Part shown: positions 1 to 11,870 of the stretch, in pieces
Layout: each line of letters opens with the position of its first letter
How positions within the stretch are numbered: the first letter of the stretch is position 1
Assembly: GCF_963921235.1 (NCBI RefSeq)
Contig: NC_086118.1
Coordinates: 22,322,001 to 22,386,000, forward strand
Length of the DNA: 64,000 nucleotides
DNA from: Mobula hypostoma
Taxonomy: Eukaryota
Direction: 5' to 3'
Notes under the pieces: generated by a model
Databases searched by the model: none
Seen by the model: the letters and a program-made list of their open reading frames with translations, nothing else
What the model was told of the DNA's origin: nothing
Translations under genes and position numbers: made by a program

Positions 1-85
1 GTGTAGACGACCCATGATATTAATGTGGATTGAAAAGAAACATGAACATAATTGACCAGAGAGAGAAGAAAACTTATCACCTCAC

Positions 86-324
86 CCTGATTTTGCATCT
101 CTAATGAAAGCAATGCTTCTTTACTCGTGAAAAGAAATTCAAGCCCTTTGGAACAGGATCTCAGTATAATATCTGCTTTGATTATATGCTCGTTCATCAT
201 GCACATGGAAAAGGCTTTGGAGCAATCTCTTTGTATATTTGAACAGAAATAGCTTTCCAGCTTACTTTCGCGCCTGTTGACCTGATGCTTTGAATTTATA
301 ATCCCAAACTTATCATCCTGGCAC
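86..324 (-). CDS. Putative internal exon of an unidentified host gene (CQDDKFGIINSKHQVNRRESKLESYFCSNIQRDCSKAFSMCMMNEHIIKADIILRSCSKGLEFLFTSKEALLSLEMQNQ)
   Basis: Minus-strand acceptor with branch point and pyrimidine tract (ctgactcttcatttctttaacAG), donor CAGG|GTGAGG, one open frame of 79 codons between them; no family recognised. Confidence 0.45.
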
Positions 325-403
325 CTGTTAAAGAAATGAAGAGTCAGTATTACTGATATTTACTTTGGATAGATTGCCTGAAGAAGAAATATATATATAT
401 ATA

Positions 404-3202
404 CCATAAAACGAATACATGGAAGACAGGTCGTATTTATTGGCTGTTTTAGAGTCAAATACAAAAGAAAATACAAACGCTTGTGAAATCTACACAAAAG
501 AAAAGATCTACGAAACACATTCTGTTTTTCAGTTAACTTGGACACACTGTTGTCGTCAAACGTTCAGAACTTGAAACTTTCACACTCTTCATTATCTGAC
601 TCTCTGAAAATTGTGTCCCATTCTTCGGCAGTCACCATATCATTGTAAGGATTGTCAATTTCTGCTTCGACATCATCATTTGCAGCTTTACTAGCTGCCA
701 AATCTCCATCGTCCTCTTCCCAAACCAAGTGATCTTCAGTACCATCCAAAGCATTGCTCATGCTGCACTTCTTGAAGGCCCTCACAATACACTCGGCCTT
801 CATTTCCTCCCACGATTACACTACCCACTCGCAAACTGCAGCTAGAGATGCGGCCCTCATATTTCCCACTGGAGTGAATGAATGATTTCCAGACATCATC
901 CATTTGTTCCACTGTCGATGCATGAATTCTTTGAATGGTTTGTTTAAACTCACATCTAGTGGCTGGAGCACGGACATCAAACCACCGGGGATGACTGCAA
1001 TGTCTGTATTTTCAGCTTTCAATGCTGTTTTTGTCTCACCTGACAAGTGCGCTTTGAACATGTCCCAGACAGGTAGCGACTTTTCCTTCCCAAAACCTTC
1101 GGGACGTCAACGCCACACATCTTTAACCCACTTCAGGCAACCCGCTCCGTCCATCCAGCAGTGTTCTTGAACATAAACAACAACACCCCGCGGGAATTTT
1201 TCTTTCTTTGGGATTGTTTAATGTTTTCCTCTTTGTTACGTACCCCGTAACTGGGTTGCCAAACCAGCAGAAATGGATCACTCAGTTGGAGTCTGGATTA
1301 CTAGAACTAAGAAAGTTTTATTAAAGAAACAAGCAACACAGTACTCTAATCAAAAAGGATGATAAATGCAACAGTTCAGCAATGATAAACACACATGTAC
1401 ACAGAATTAAGATAACAAGATTAATCAAGCTCTATCGTTGTCTAGGGGTAAATGACCAGTTTCAAAGTGACACAAAGTCCTGTTCAATTTAGTTCAGTTC
1501 GCAGTAATCATTGCCATGGCGATGGACAGTGGGGGGGGGAGGAGAGAGAGGAAAACGAATTCAACACAGCTTCCACACAGACCTTCGCAGTCAGCTTTCG
1601 GGCGAGCCCTTTGTGATGTCATCTGAGGTCACCGACCGTGACCCCTCCGTTTCCAGATACGACCGTTTCTCTGCGTTGAACCTAACCCAGGCAAGGGTGG
1701 ACACACACCAGGTTTCCGCCGATCGTGCCTTTCCACCCTGAGCGTCTAAGGCTGATCCCGCGATCAGCCGTCCAAGAGCTTTCCACCGACTTGTGAGAGG
1801 CGCACCGCTTCCAGGGTCTCGTTACCTCGGGTGCCGTGTGTGTTCTGCCTTAGCGAACCTGTCCCTTTTTATCCCCCTGCTGGGGTATCGCCTGTCCATC
1901 ACTTCTAACAGTTCAGGGTTCAAAGGGGGAGCCGATCTTGACAGCTCTCCTTCCGTTACTCTCTCCCATCCCTTCATTAACATCTCCAAATGCTGCTCCA
2001 TTGTCTTCCTTCTCTCTCTCTCTCCCGAAGACAGGTGGCAGACCAACTGCTGATCACACAGGACAGCTAACATCTATGTGTAGTCTTGTCACATCTTAAA
2101 AATCACCATCGGTGGTAGTTTGGTCCCATCAGCCTTACATGCTAACACAACAGTAAAATGTTGCTTCTCATGTCCAGTTGTTTTGACAAGGACTGTTTTC
2201 TTCCCCTTCTTATTGACAGTGCGGTTGCCAGCAAAATCAAAGAACATTGGAGTCTTGTCCATGTTACCAATCAGTGAGAGCGGGTTAGAATGTGCCTTTC
2301 GATGCTTGATTACAAAGGATTAGAAGGGCGTAATCTTATTCTCAAGGTTGCTCGGCAACTTCTGCGCAATCTGTTTTTTGTCTCAACACAAGATCATGTC
2401 TATTCATAAATCGGGTGCACCAATTGCATGTAGCTTTGACATTTTCGCTGTCCTCATGGTGTTTTTCTGCCCATTTCAACGCTTGAGCTCGAATCATTTC
2501 TCAGGTAACAATGTATCCAGACGACCTCTGGTGATTCACCCACTCTAAAACGTCTTCTTCCAGTTCTGGCCACTGGCATGTTTTCCTGCGGTTTGCACAT
2601 TTTGTCTTTGGCATTTCCCTCAGCGTGTCCTCTGCCTTTCTCCACTCTCTCATTTGTTTCTCATTTACACTAAACTTCTTAGCAGCTGCAGAATATTTCA
2701 TTCCCTTAGCAAAATCAACAACCTTCAGCTTGAAGCCAGCATCATATCGCATTCGTTTTAATCTTTTGTACGTGGTGGTCGCAAACTTAATACTGAGTAC
2801 ACGTACTAATCCCACCACTCCGTGTTATGTTTTAACGAGATTACAATGGGCACTAAATGGTTTCACAGGGGTTACATTTCAGAGGATTATTTACCATTGG
2901 CAACCTAATCCAAAACTTCCCTCCCTGATTTATTTATTAAGAATTCGCTTATAACACTCTACAATATGTAGGCCTATTTTCTTAGCAGGTACTGCTTCAC
3001 AATATTTCCGGGTTCTGGATCTGGCAAAGCTGAGTACTGGCATATGAGAGCTTGTGCTCTTTTCTGGTTAAATCAAAAACCTCTACAAAAGGGGTCGGCT
3101 TATCCAAAGGGAACATGAAAAAGTCACTTTTTAAACCTTGAAAATGGGGGTGGGGGGTGGTCGGCTTATACTCCGGGTCAGCTTATACACCAGAATTTAC
3201 GG
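404..3202 (-). mobile_element. Decayed pogo/Tigger (Tc1-mariner superfamily) DNA transposon, interrupted by a solo LTR
   Basis: ORF pieces: Brinker-type DBD RYDAGFKLKVVDFAK..FSVNEKQMREWRK (2501-2818), DDE_1 motifs IPGGLMSVLQPLDVSLNKPFK (816-1061) and AFKKCSMSNALDGTEDHL (564-803); terminus TA|CCGTAAATTC at 3202; other end uncertain. Confidence 0.9.
1234..2093 (-). mobile_element. Solo LTR inserted in the pogo transposase
   Basis: TG..CA ends, 4-bp TSD TCTT (1230-1233 and 2094-2097); removing it restores the transposase frame MVIFKRKT; AATAAA on minus strand near 1320. Confidence 0.9.
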
Positions 3203-3364
3203 TATAAAACACTCTCTCTCCCCAGGGAAAATTGACTGAAACTTTTTCTTCACAGTCAACACAAGGAAATGAATGGCTTTTTATCAGTTCAATATTAATA
3301 CCAAAAAAAAATTAAAAAGAACAGACATATAAATAAATACTTTTTGGAGGGTGCTGTTTGTTAA

Positions 3365-3645
3365 TTATTTAATTTATTTAGAGATCCAATACAGAATACG
3401 CTCTTCCAGTCCTTCGAGCTGTGCCGCCCAGTAATCCACTGTTCAATCCTAGGCTAATCACAGGACAATTTACAGACTACTAACCCGTACGCCTGTGGAA
3501 GGAAACCGGAACTCCCGAAGAAAACTCCAACATTCCGCAGGAAGAATGTACAGACTCCTTCCAGATGACATCGGAAATTAACTCTGAACTCCGATGCCCT
3601 GAGCTGTAATAGTGTTATGCTAACTGCTACACTACCACGGTCCCC
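3365..3645 (-). mobile_element. tRNA-derived SINE remnant (V-SINE/HE1-like)
   Basis: ggaaaccgga..cccg..gaaaac block and 'gctaactgctacactacc' head; related copy at 49375-49625. Confidence 0.6.
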
Positions 3646-4101
3646 AGCAGTAATTTAGTATCGCAAGTGAGACCTTTCCTCATGGCTCAAAATGTTCTTT
3701 GCTCTTTCAGAAGCTGTCTGACTTGCTGAGTATTGCATTAGTTTAGTGCAATTGCTAGAAAATCAAACAATCAAAGAAAACAAGGATATTGCTATGAATA
3801 ATTCATTGTGAATAAATTTGGTGGCTCTGGGTCTGTACTCAAAGGAATTTAGAAGAACGAAGGGGAATCTCATTGAAACTCATTGAAAACTGAAAGGCTT
3901 AGATAGAGTGGACATGGAGAAGATGTTTTTTATAGCAGAGAAGTCTAGGACCAGAGGGTACAACCCCAGAATAAGAGGACATCCCTTTAGAACATAAATG
4001 AAGAGGAATTTCCTCAACTAGAGGGTGGTGGATCTGTGGAATTTATTGCCACAGATAACTGTGCAACTCAAGACAGCGGGTATATTTAAAGGAAGAGGCG
4101 C

Positions 4102-4137
4102 AGTCGACGTTTCAGGCCAAGACCCTTCGTCAGGACT
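4102..4137 (-). ncRNA. Minimal type I hammerhead ribozyme (PLE type)
   Basis: Reverse complement reads AGTC-CTGACGA-aggg..gcct-GAAAC-GTC-GACT. Confidence 0.8.
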
Positions 4138-4262
4138 AACTGAAGGAAGAGTGAGTAAGGGATTTGAAAGCTGGAGGGGGAGGGGGAGATGCAAAATTTT
4201 GCATCTTGCATCTCCCCCTCCCCCTCCAGCTTTCAAATCCCTTACTCGCTCTTCCTTCAGTT

Positions 4263-4298
4263 AGTCCTGACGAAGGGTCTCGGCCTGAAACGTCGACT
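4263..4298 (+). ncRNA. Minimal type I hammerhead ribozyme (PLE type)
   Basis: AGTC-CTGACGA-AGGgtctcggCCT-GAAAC-GTC^GACT: CUGANGA and GAAA cores, stem I AGTC/GACT, palindromic ACGT in stem III. Confidence 0.85.
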
Positions 4299-4559
4299 GC
4301 GCCTCTTCCTATAGATGCTGCTTGGCCTGCTGCGTTCACCAGCAACTTTGATGTATGTTGCTTGAATTTCCAGCATCTGCAGAATTCCTGTTGTTTGGGT
4401 ATATTTAAAGTGGACATTGATAGGTTCTTGATTAGTAAGGCATCAAATGTTACAGGGAGAAGGCTGGAGACTGGGGTTTAGAGGGATAATATATCAGTCA
4501 TGAAGGAAGAACAAAGCAGACTCAACAGGCCAATTGTCCTAATTGTGTTCCTATATTTA

Positions 4560-6335
4560 GAAGCCATTTGGAAGGCACAGGATGTATACATCCCAAACAG
4601 GAAAAAGTATTCTAAAGGAAAGACGACACAACCTTGGCAAACAAGAGAAGACAAAGCCAACATAAAAGACAAAGAGAAGACATGCAACAGAGCAAAAGTT
4701 AGTGGGAAGTTAGAGGATTTGGAAGCTTTTAAAAACCAACAGAAGGTAACTAAAAATGTCATTAAGAAGGTAAAGATGGAATACTAAAGTCAGCTAGCCA
4801 ATAATATTAACGAGGATGCCAAAATTCCTGCAGATGCATAAAGTGTAAAAGAGGAGCAAGAGTGGATATCAGACCACTGGAAAACTATACTGGAGAAGAG
4901 GTCATGAGGAATTAGTAATGATCTGTCAAGAATTACTAGATTCTGGAATGGTTCCAGAAGACTGGAAAAATGCAAATGTCACCCCACTCTTCAAGAAGGG
5001 AGAGAGGCAGAAAAAAGGAAACTATAGGCCAGTTAGTCTGACCTCAGTCATTGGGAACATGTCAGAGCTGATAATTAAGAATAAGGTCTCAGGGTACTTG
5101 AAGGCATGTTTTCCTCAAGGGAAAATCTTGCCTGACAAACCTGTTGGAATTATTTGAAGAAATAACAAGTAGGATAGACAATGGAGAATCTGTTGATGCT
5201 GTGTTTTGGATCTTTAGAAGGCCCATGACAAGGTGACACACATGAGGCTGCTTAACAAGCTATGAGGCCATGGTAGTACAGAAAAGATTCCAGCATGGCC
5301 AAGCGGAGGCTGATGGTCAGAAGCAAAGAGTGGGAATAAAGGGAGCCTTTTCTAACTGGCTGTCGGTGTCCAGTAGTGTTCCACAGGGGTCTGTGTTGAG
5401 ACTGATTCTTTTTACGTTATACATCAATGATTTGAATGATGGAATTGATGACTTTGTTGTAAAGTTTGCAGACAATATGAAGATGGGTGGAGGGGTAGGT
5501 AGTTTTGAGGAAGTAGAGAGGCTATAGAAGGACTTTGACAGATTATGAGAATGGGCAAAGAAATGGCAGATGGAATAGTGTTGGGAAGTGTATGGTCATG
5601 GAAGAAATGAAATGGTTGACTATTTTCTAAATGGAGAAAATATACAAAATACTGAGGCGCAAAGGGACTTGGGACTCCTTGTGCAGGCTTCCTTAATGGT
5701 TGGTTTGCAGGATGAGTCTGTGGTGAGGAAGTCAAATGCAATGTTAGTATTCATTTCAAGAGGACTAGAATATAAAAGCAGGGATGTAATGTTGAGTCTT
5801 TATAAAGCACTAGTGAGGTCTCACTTGGAGTATTGTGAGCAGTTTTGGTTCCCTTATCTTAGAAAGGATGTGCTGAAACTGGAAAAGTTTCAGAGGAGGT
5901 TCATAGAAATGATTCCAGGATTAAATGGCTTGTCATATGAAGAGTGTTTGCTAGCTCTGGGTCCGTATTCACTGGAATGCAGAAGAGTGAGGGGTGACCT
6001 CATTGAAACCTATCGAATAGTGAAAGGCCCTGACAGAGTGGATGTGGAGAGGGTGTTTCCTATGGTGGAAGAGTCTAAGACCAGAGGCCACAGCCTCAGA
6101 ATAGAGGGGCGTCCTTTCAGAACGGAGATGAGGAGGAATTTCTTTAGCCAGAGAATGGTGAATCTGTGGAATTCTTTGCCACAGGCTGCTATGGAGGCCA
6201 AGTCTTTATGTACATTTAAGGCAGAGGTTGGTAGATTCCTGGCTGAGAGGGATCAACCGTGATGAGTTGGTAGTGAAGACTCGATGGGCCAAATAGCCTA
6301 ATTCTGCTCCTATATCTTATGGTCTTATGGTCTAA
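4560..6335 (+). mobile_element. CR1/L3 LINE, 5'-truncated, internally deleted and frameshifted
   Basis: VPEDWKNANVTPLFKKG..NYRPVSLTS, VPQGSVL, KFAD, HLEYCEQFW; (cttatggt)n tail. Confidence 0.95.
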
Positions 6336-8160
6336 ATTTTGCAACATGAATGCAGATTTGCAACAATTATAAGGAACACGTGTCTATTTTAGTACCAAAT
6401 ATTGATACAGAAGTACCCAAGTTCTGTAGATTTTTTAAAGTACACATGGTAGTGATTTCTACACTGTTATAGAGTAAGATGATGGTTACAAAGCTTCTCA
6501 GGCAATACCCTTGCAGCACATAATGTCATTTGAAACCCTTGATGAGATTACTTCCCTGTAATCGCTTCCAGGTATCCATTATATTCTCTGTAAATAGATA
6601 CTACCCAATGGTTTCCTAGCCATCAACAAGAGTTTTGTGAGAAACTTGTACAAAAACAACCAAATTCTGAATCCTTTGATGCAAAGGCGAACTTGTATCT
6701 TCAAAGAAGCTGTTGACCCCTAGAGCCAAAGGATGCAGAAAACAGAAATGTTATAAAGCTAACCGATTAAAATATTGATATGGTTTGGGTCAAGATGGTG
6801 TCAATTCCTGTCATGACCTTTAAATTCTTTTCACTGGCCACAAGGCTTTTCAGATATTTGATATAAAAGACGGGCAATATGCTTAATATAAAGAAAAGGT
6901 AATGAGTCATCTAACACTCGACAATCAGTATCTAAAGTGACTGAATCATTGTATTTTCTTCCACATTTACCACACTAATGGAGTTTCTGTAGTATAAACT
7001 GTGAAAAGACTTGCCCTTTGAAAGATGGACCTGCACAACTTTGCAAGAACAATGGTAAACCTTCCTGGAACAATATCAGGATTAGATTTAATTTCACAGT
7101 TCAGGTGACAGCTATTGTCTTGTGAGCATTATTCTGACACTGATGTACAGTAATTTGAACCCCTCAATTAGCTTTCTGCCTCAGAATCAGCCTCAGGTAA
7201 GAAGTGCTTCCTTGGCAATGGCTGAGTCTTTCTTCCTTGACATTCCTTTGTAGAAACATTCATGTTTCTGTTCCTGGTAACCCCTGTTTTGGTGTGGCAC
7301 TCATATGCATTCTGCACCCCTTTTTCAGTAAGTACTTTGGGTGGTATTGTAGTAATGAAACCAAATATCCAGGGCATCACTTTGAATACTAATCTCTGAT
7401 CATTGGACTTGTAAGCTATCAGACATACAAAGAAGAAATATATTTGGTACACAGATGAGAGATATTGATGCAACCTCATCATTCCCAATCAGTATAAAGT
7501 CAAACTGATTAGATAAAAAGTTGATCAAAAAGTGTTCCCTTTTGCAATATACCAGCAGTATAAAAATATTAAGCTCTGATAAACAGCTCTTGACGCACAT
7601 CCTGTGCAAGAGAGACCTGCACCTCAGCAGTACGGAAAAGAACACCTTTTTATAGATAGCCCTCCTTTACTCTTGGGATGTACTCCTGAAGCGAAGTAAT
7701 GAAGGAGCAAAGTGAGCCAAGAAGGTGAAAAAAAATCTAATCATATTGAAAAGACTGCCTTTTCACCAGCTAGGAAAATTACATAAGATGCAGAATTAGA
7801 GAAGTGATAAAAATTGTAAAGGAATATCTGCAGTTTTATTTGTTTCTAGTAAGTTAAGAATTCATGATTGCAAATGGCTCCTTAGAGCTAAACCTGTTCT
7901 TTCTGATGAACCCTTTGATGCTAAGCGCCCAGAAGACCCTTTTTTTAAGACTGAGGTTCTTTTTGCTCAGCTCCAAATAATGTGTATAACAAATAGGTGG
8001 GTGAGCTGCATATTTCTAGGTAAGCTGCACTATAGCACCATTCCCTGAATGTTAGCCTGCTCATAATTCCTCTGGGCTAAGATGCTGATTTAAGAGTGTT
8101 CACACCAGGAAACATGAATGGAAACAAGACAAGCGAATTTCAGTAAGTCCACTTGGAATG

Positions 8161-9903
8161 TTTTTTAAAATTAATTTTTCAATAAGTTTCTACAATGCAG
8201 CAACAAAAAAACTGTAAAAAAAAGAGGTTTATACAGTGCAAAACAGACTTATCAAACACACAGTTCATAACAGTTAGGGAAAAGCACTCATAGTAGAATC
8301 GTATAAAGTTAATTACCACCACACCCACTACCCAACTCTAAGCCAACCTTACGATATATAGAAAAGTTGATCAGAACTTTTATCACCACAGAGCTGTATT
8401 TATAAAAAATAAGGTATATTGCCTACTACATCAACTATAATATGTTTACATCTCAAAAAAAAACATAAGTCTTAACCGAAAGAAGCTGGAAGTAACGGAT
8501 TTAAATGCAAAAGAAAAAAAGGAGGAATAAACCCTGATACCAAACTTTCGTGAGGTACCTGATAAAAATGTTGTGGACTTGTTTCTTCGTATGAACCCAT
8601 TGGGTAAAGGTTTAATATCCAGTATTCGAGATATGTTAGCGATCTTGAGGCGAGCCCCCTTTGACAAAATTAAGACAGCCTGGGAGCATGATTTAATTTT
8701 TCCTCTGTCCGATGAGGTTTGGAATTCAATTCTCAAGTCAGTTAATTCAACTTCTTTATGTGCACGCCACTGCCTTTTACAGTTCAAGTTTGTACACAGG
8801 GCTCATATGTCTAAAACTAAATTATCGCGGTTCTATCCTGAAGTGTAAAGGGGGCGAGGCTTCCCTTATTCATATGTACTGGGCTTGTCCTAGATGGAGA
8901 AATTCTGGAGAGATGTCCTTTTAACTTTATCCCATATAGAGGAGAAGATGGCGGCGCGACGGCAGCATGCATGGCCTTTCCGGTGATGAATATCTGTTAT
9001 CTGTCAAGTAGGGGACCGTGCACAATCCTGATTTGATGGAGACAGATGTGAGAGTACAAAGGAACATCTGGAAAACTTCTGAAATGCCCGCTTCGCTGCT
9101 GCTGCTACTGTGTGGTAACCGGAATCTCCAGAGCAGAAGGCCCCGAGATCCTCGGCTTTGCGTGTTTCAGCGGCTGGGGCGAGGTCAAAGGCGCTCGGCA
9201 GAGGATGGCGCTCAGGAGGCTGTATCGGAGGGCTGGTCGGAGGCTCAAAGTTTTCGGATGGATGGACTCAGTGTCGGCTGTGGTTGGCTGCTTCCAAGGC
9301 ATCGGCAAGTCGACGGTGCCTGAAGGTTTATGGCAGGGAGTTTCTCCCTTTTGCCACCGCTATCGGGGACTCGGGAGTCAATCGACTCAAGGACTTTTGA
9401 GACTTTTTTTACCGTGCCCATAGTTTGTTCTTCATCAAATTATTGTATTGCTTTGCACTGTTGTAACCATATGTTATAATTATGTGGTTCTGTCAATGTT
9501 AGTCTTTGGTTTGTCCTGTTTTTGTGATATCACTCCAGAGGAACATTGTATCATTTCTTAATGCATGTATGCATTTCTAAATGACAATAAAAAAGAGGAT
9601 TGAGTGTTCTCATAATCTAATATACTTAATTGTTATTTGGAACTTAACCCTCTGATTGCTCCTTTCGGCACTTTGGGAGAAGTTGACACGCATCTGAGTC
9701 TGACTAAACGTAGTACATTGTCTTTTGCCTCTCTTTTGGCCAGACGTGCAGTTCTTCTTCGGTGGAGAGATGCTGCCCCACCCACTCATGCTCAATGGCT
9801 CAGAGACATTATGTCCTGCTTAGACCTTGAAAAGATTCATTATTCACTTCTTAATTCGGACATAAAGTTCCAAAAGGTGTGGGGACCTTTTCTTGAATAT
9901 TTT
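8161..9903. mobile_element. L1-clade LINE with 5' inversion (twin priming)
   Basis: T-rich end and 3' UTR on minus strand 8161-8570; zf-RVT/C-terminal ORF2 on plus strand (HCLLQFKFVHR, IHMYWACP, FQKVWGPF); 11-bp TSD CACTTGGAATG at 8150-8160 and 9904-9914. Confidence 0.85.
8938..9620 (+). mobile_element. GC-rich non-autonomous retroelement with Rex1-like tail, nested in the L1
   Basis: Interrupts L1 ORF2; homologous to 45580-46200; ends aatgacaataaa..ctcataatctaat like the Rex1 tail near 24500. Confidence 0.75.
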
Positions 9904-10494
9904 CACTTGGAATGATTTGAGTTGCTGATGATTGACTAAGCTCCAAAATGCTGTAGGTTGAAAACAGAACATGGAAAATCAAAATGACTGTAAATAGTAT
10001 AAAGCAACATTCAAAATTCTTATCTATTTGGCAGAGTAAACTGAATTTGAGTTATTTTTACAAGGTAAGACTATTGCTTAACTTAATTTTACTTTTGTTT
10101 AATGTTTGCCAGCTTGGAGACTGCTCTGGAGGAACAACAAGTCGATCCAGGAAAATAGGAGCAAGGATAGCGCTGCCCCCACCCCCAAGTTCACCCTGTG
10201 ATCGTGTTTGATCTGCTGCCAATCTCAGCTCTTGTTTGTCGGATTTACTAGCCCCACTTGCTCAATATTTCATCAATTATCGACCTCCAGTAATCCAGCT
10301 CAGTGGGGTAGAGAATTCCAAAGTTTACCACACACTACGAGAAGAATTTCCTACGTACTTCTGTTCAAGGGCCAAGCACTGAAAGCCATTAATTTTACTG
10401 ACTATTTCTGAGTGACAATAGCAAAGTTGTGTTCTATTTTCACAAGCCTCTTTGTGAAATGCCAGTGGTCATTGTGCCAGCTGAATATGGAATG

Positions 10495-10960
10495 ATAGAG
10501 TCATCGAGCCACACTGTACAGAAATAGACCCTTTGGCCCAACATGACCAGGCCGATCTTTTCTGGCTATCCACACTAATCACATTTGCTTGCATTAGGAC
10601 AGTACCCTTCAAGGGCTTGCCTGTTTACATGTTTATCTGAATGTCTCTTAAATATAGTACATTTTAAGTGGGACTGCAACCAGAGGTCAAGGGTTAAAGG
10701 TGAAAGTTCAAGGGGAAAGATGAGGGGAAATCTTTTCTTTCAGGGGGTCCTGAGAGTGTGGAACAAGTTTCCAGTGCAAATGGTGCATCCAAGCTCGATT
10801 TCACTGTGTAAGAGAAGGTTGGATAGGTACATGGACAGTAGAGATATGGAGGGCAATGGTCCTAGTGCAGGTTAATGGGACTACGCAGTTTAAGTGGTTT
10901 TGGCCTGGACTAGATGGGCTGAAGGGTCTGTTTCTGTGCTGTACTTTCCTATGACTCTGT
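10495..10960. mobile_element. Old CR1 3'-end fragments in both orientations
   Basis: RGNLFFQGVLRVWNKFP..LDRYMD and 'gaagggtctgtttctgtgctgt' tail; inverted tail at 10495-10640. Confidence 0.7.
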
Positions 10961-11249
10961 GTTTAATTTCACCACCTCTACTGGCCTCATATTCCAGAGG
11001 AGATAGTGGAATATAAATTGATTGGATTCAAGAATACTGGACATCATATCTATTTGTAAAACTTACATAATTGCATATCACGATCATCTTAACAAAAAGT
11101 AATGCAAACAAAAATGAATTTCTTGGCAAATTTGCAAGATTTTTGAATAAGTGATTGAAACATATTTTAGGGAAAGCGAAAGGGTCATTGTGTCCTGAAG
11201 TAGAAAACTTTCCGTTTAACCGTGACATTAAGAACTTTAAGTACTGCAA

Positions 11250-11870
11250 GTCTACCCATCAGCAGAGGAACTGGAGGAGCTGGAGGAGTTGGACTTGGTC
11301 CTGACCGTGTTGCTGCCTGCTACAGAAAGGTTAATACAATGAATTTATCTCCTATCTCCTCTGGAATATGATGCCAGTGGAAGTGGTGCAGTCTAACAGT
11401 GAGAGACTGTCTTGGACGTTTTTTTTTGTGATCATAATGACCCTATTGGGCATTGGTAATGTCGAATACTGCAAGCCCGGTTCACTGATTTATTGACTGA
11501 TGGCAAGGGAGATAGATGCATGGCCTTCGTTCTAGCGCAAACTTGGCCTCATGCTGCGAGGTCACCTGGAGAGGAAACACCAGAAGCCATGTAGTGCAGT
11601 GTCAATGCTCAGTTGGGGGCTGGTCCCCTCCAGTTTTCACTTGGTGGAAGACAAACTGGATTGTATGGCCGTGGGTTTGTTCTTGCCGAGAACATTCATG
11701 TACCATCAATCTACAGGACATGACACTAGGAACTTGGACTATATTATATTACTTTTGTGCGACTGTATGCTTACTGCTATCTTATATGTGCCTGGAGGAA
11801 CGCCATTTGTTTGACTGCATCTATGGTTTTTCATGTATAGTTAAATAACATTTAAACTTGAACTTAAAAC
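11250..11870 (+). mobile_element. Old non-autonomous retroelement or LINE tail
   Basis: Ends in degenerate (aacttg)n repeat after an AATAA-like signal. Confidence 0.45.

Larger units (their letters stand above)
4092..4396. mobile_element. Palindromic Penelope-like element terminal insertion with two opposed hammerhead ribozymes
   Basis: Inverted arms of about 105 bp (4090-4195 vs 4205-4311), 14-bp TSD GGGTATATTTAAAG (4078-4091, 4397-4410), 3' tail ..gcagaattcctgttgttt. Confidence 0.9.
3780..4560 (+). mobile_element. CR1/L3 LINE 3' fragment split by a PLE insertion
   Basis: RGNLIET..KGLDRVD..RTRG..VVDLWNLLPQ motifs shared with other CR1 copies in the window; sequence resumes after the duplicated target site. 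Confidence 0.85.

Noticed and set aside
4018..4481. Four overlapping ORFs with mirrored peptides on both strands
   Set aside because: Artefact of the palindromic PLE insertion, not genes
6590..6719. Minus-strand exon candidate
   Set aside because: Acceptor is plausible but frame and donor are ambiguous, and the phase does not join the 86-324 candidate
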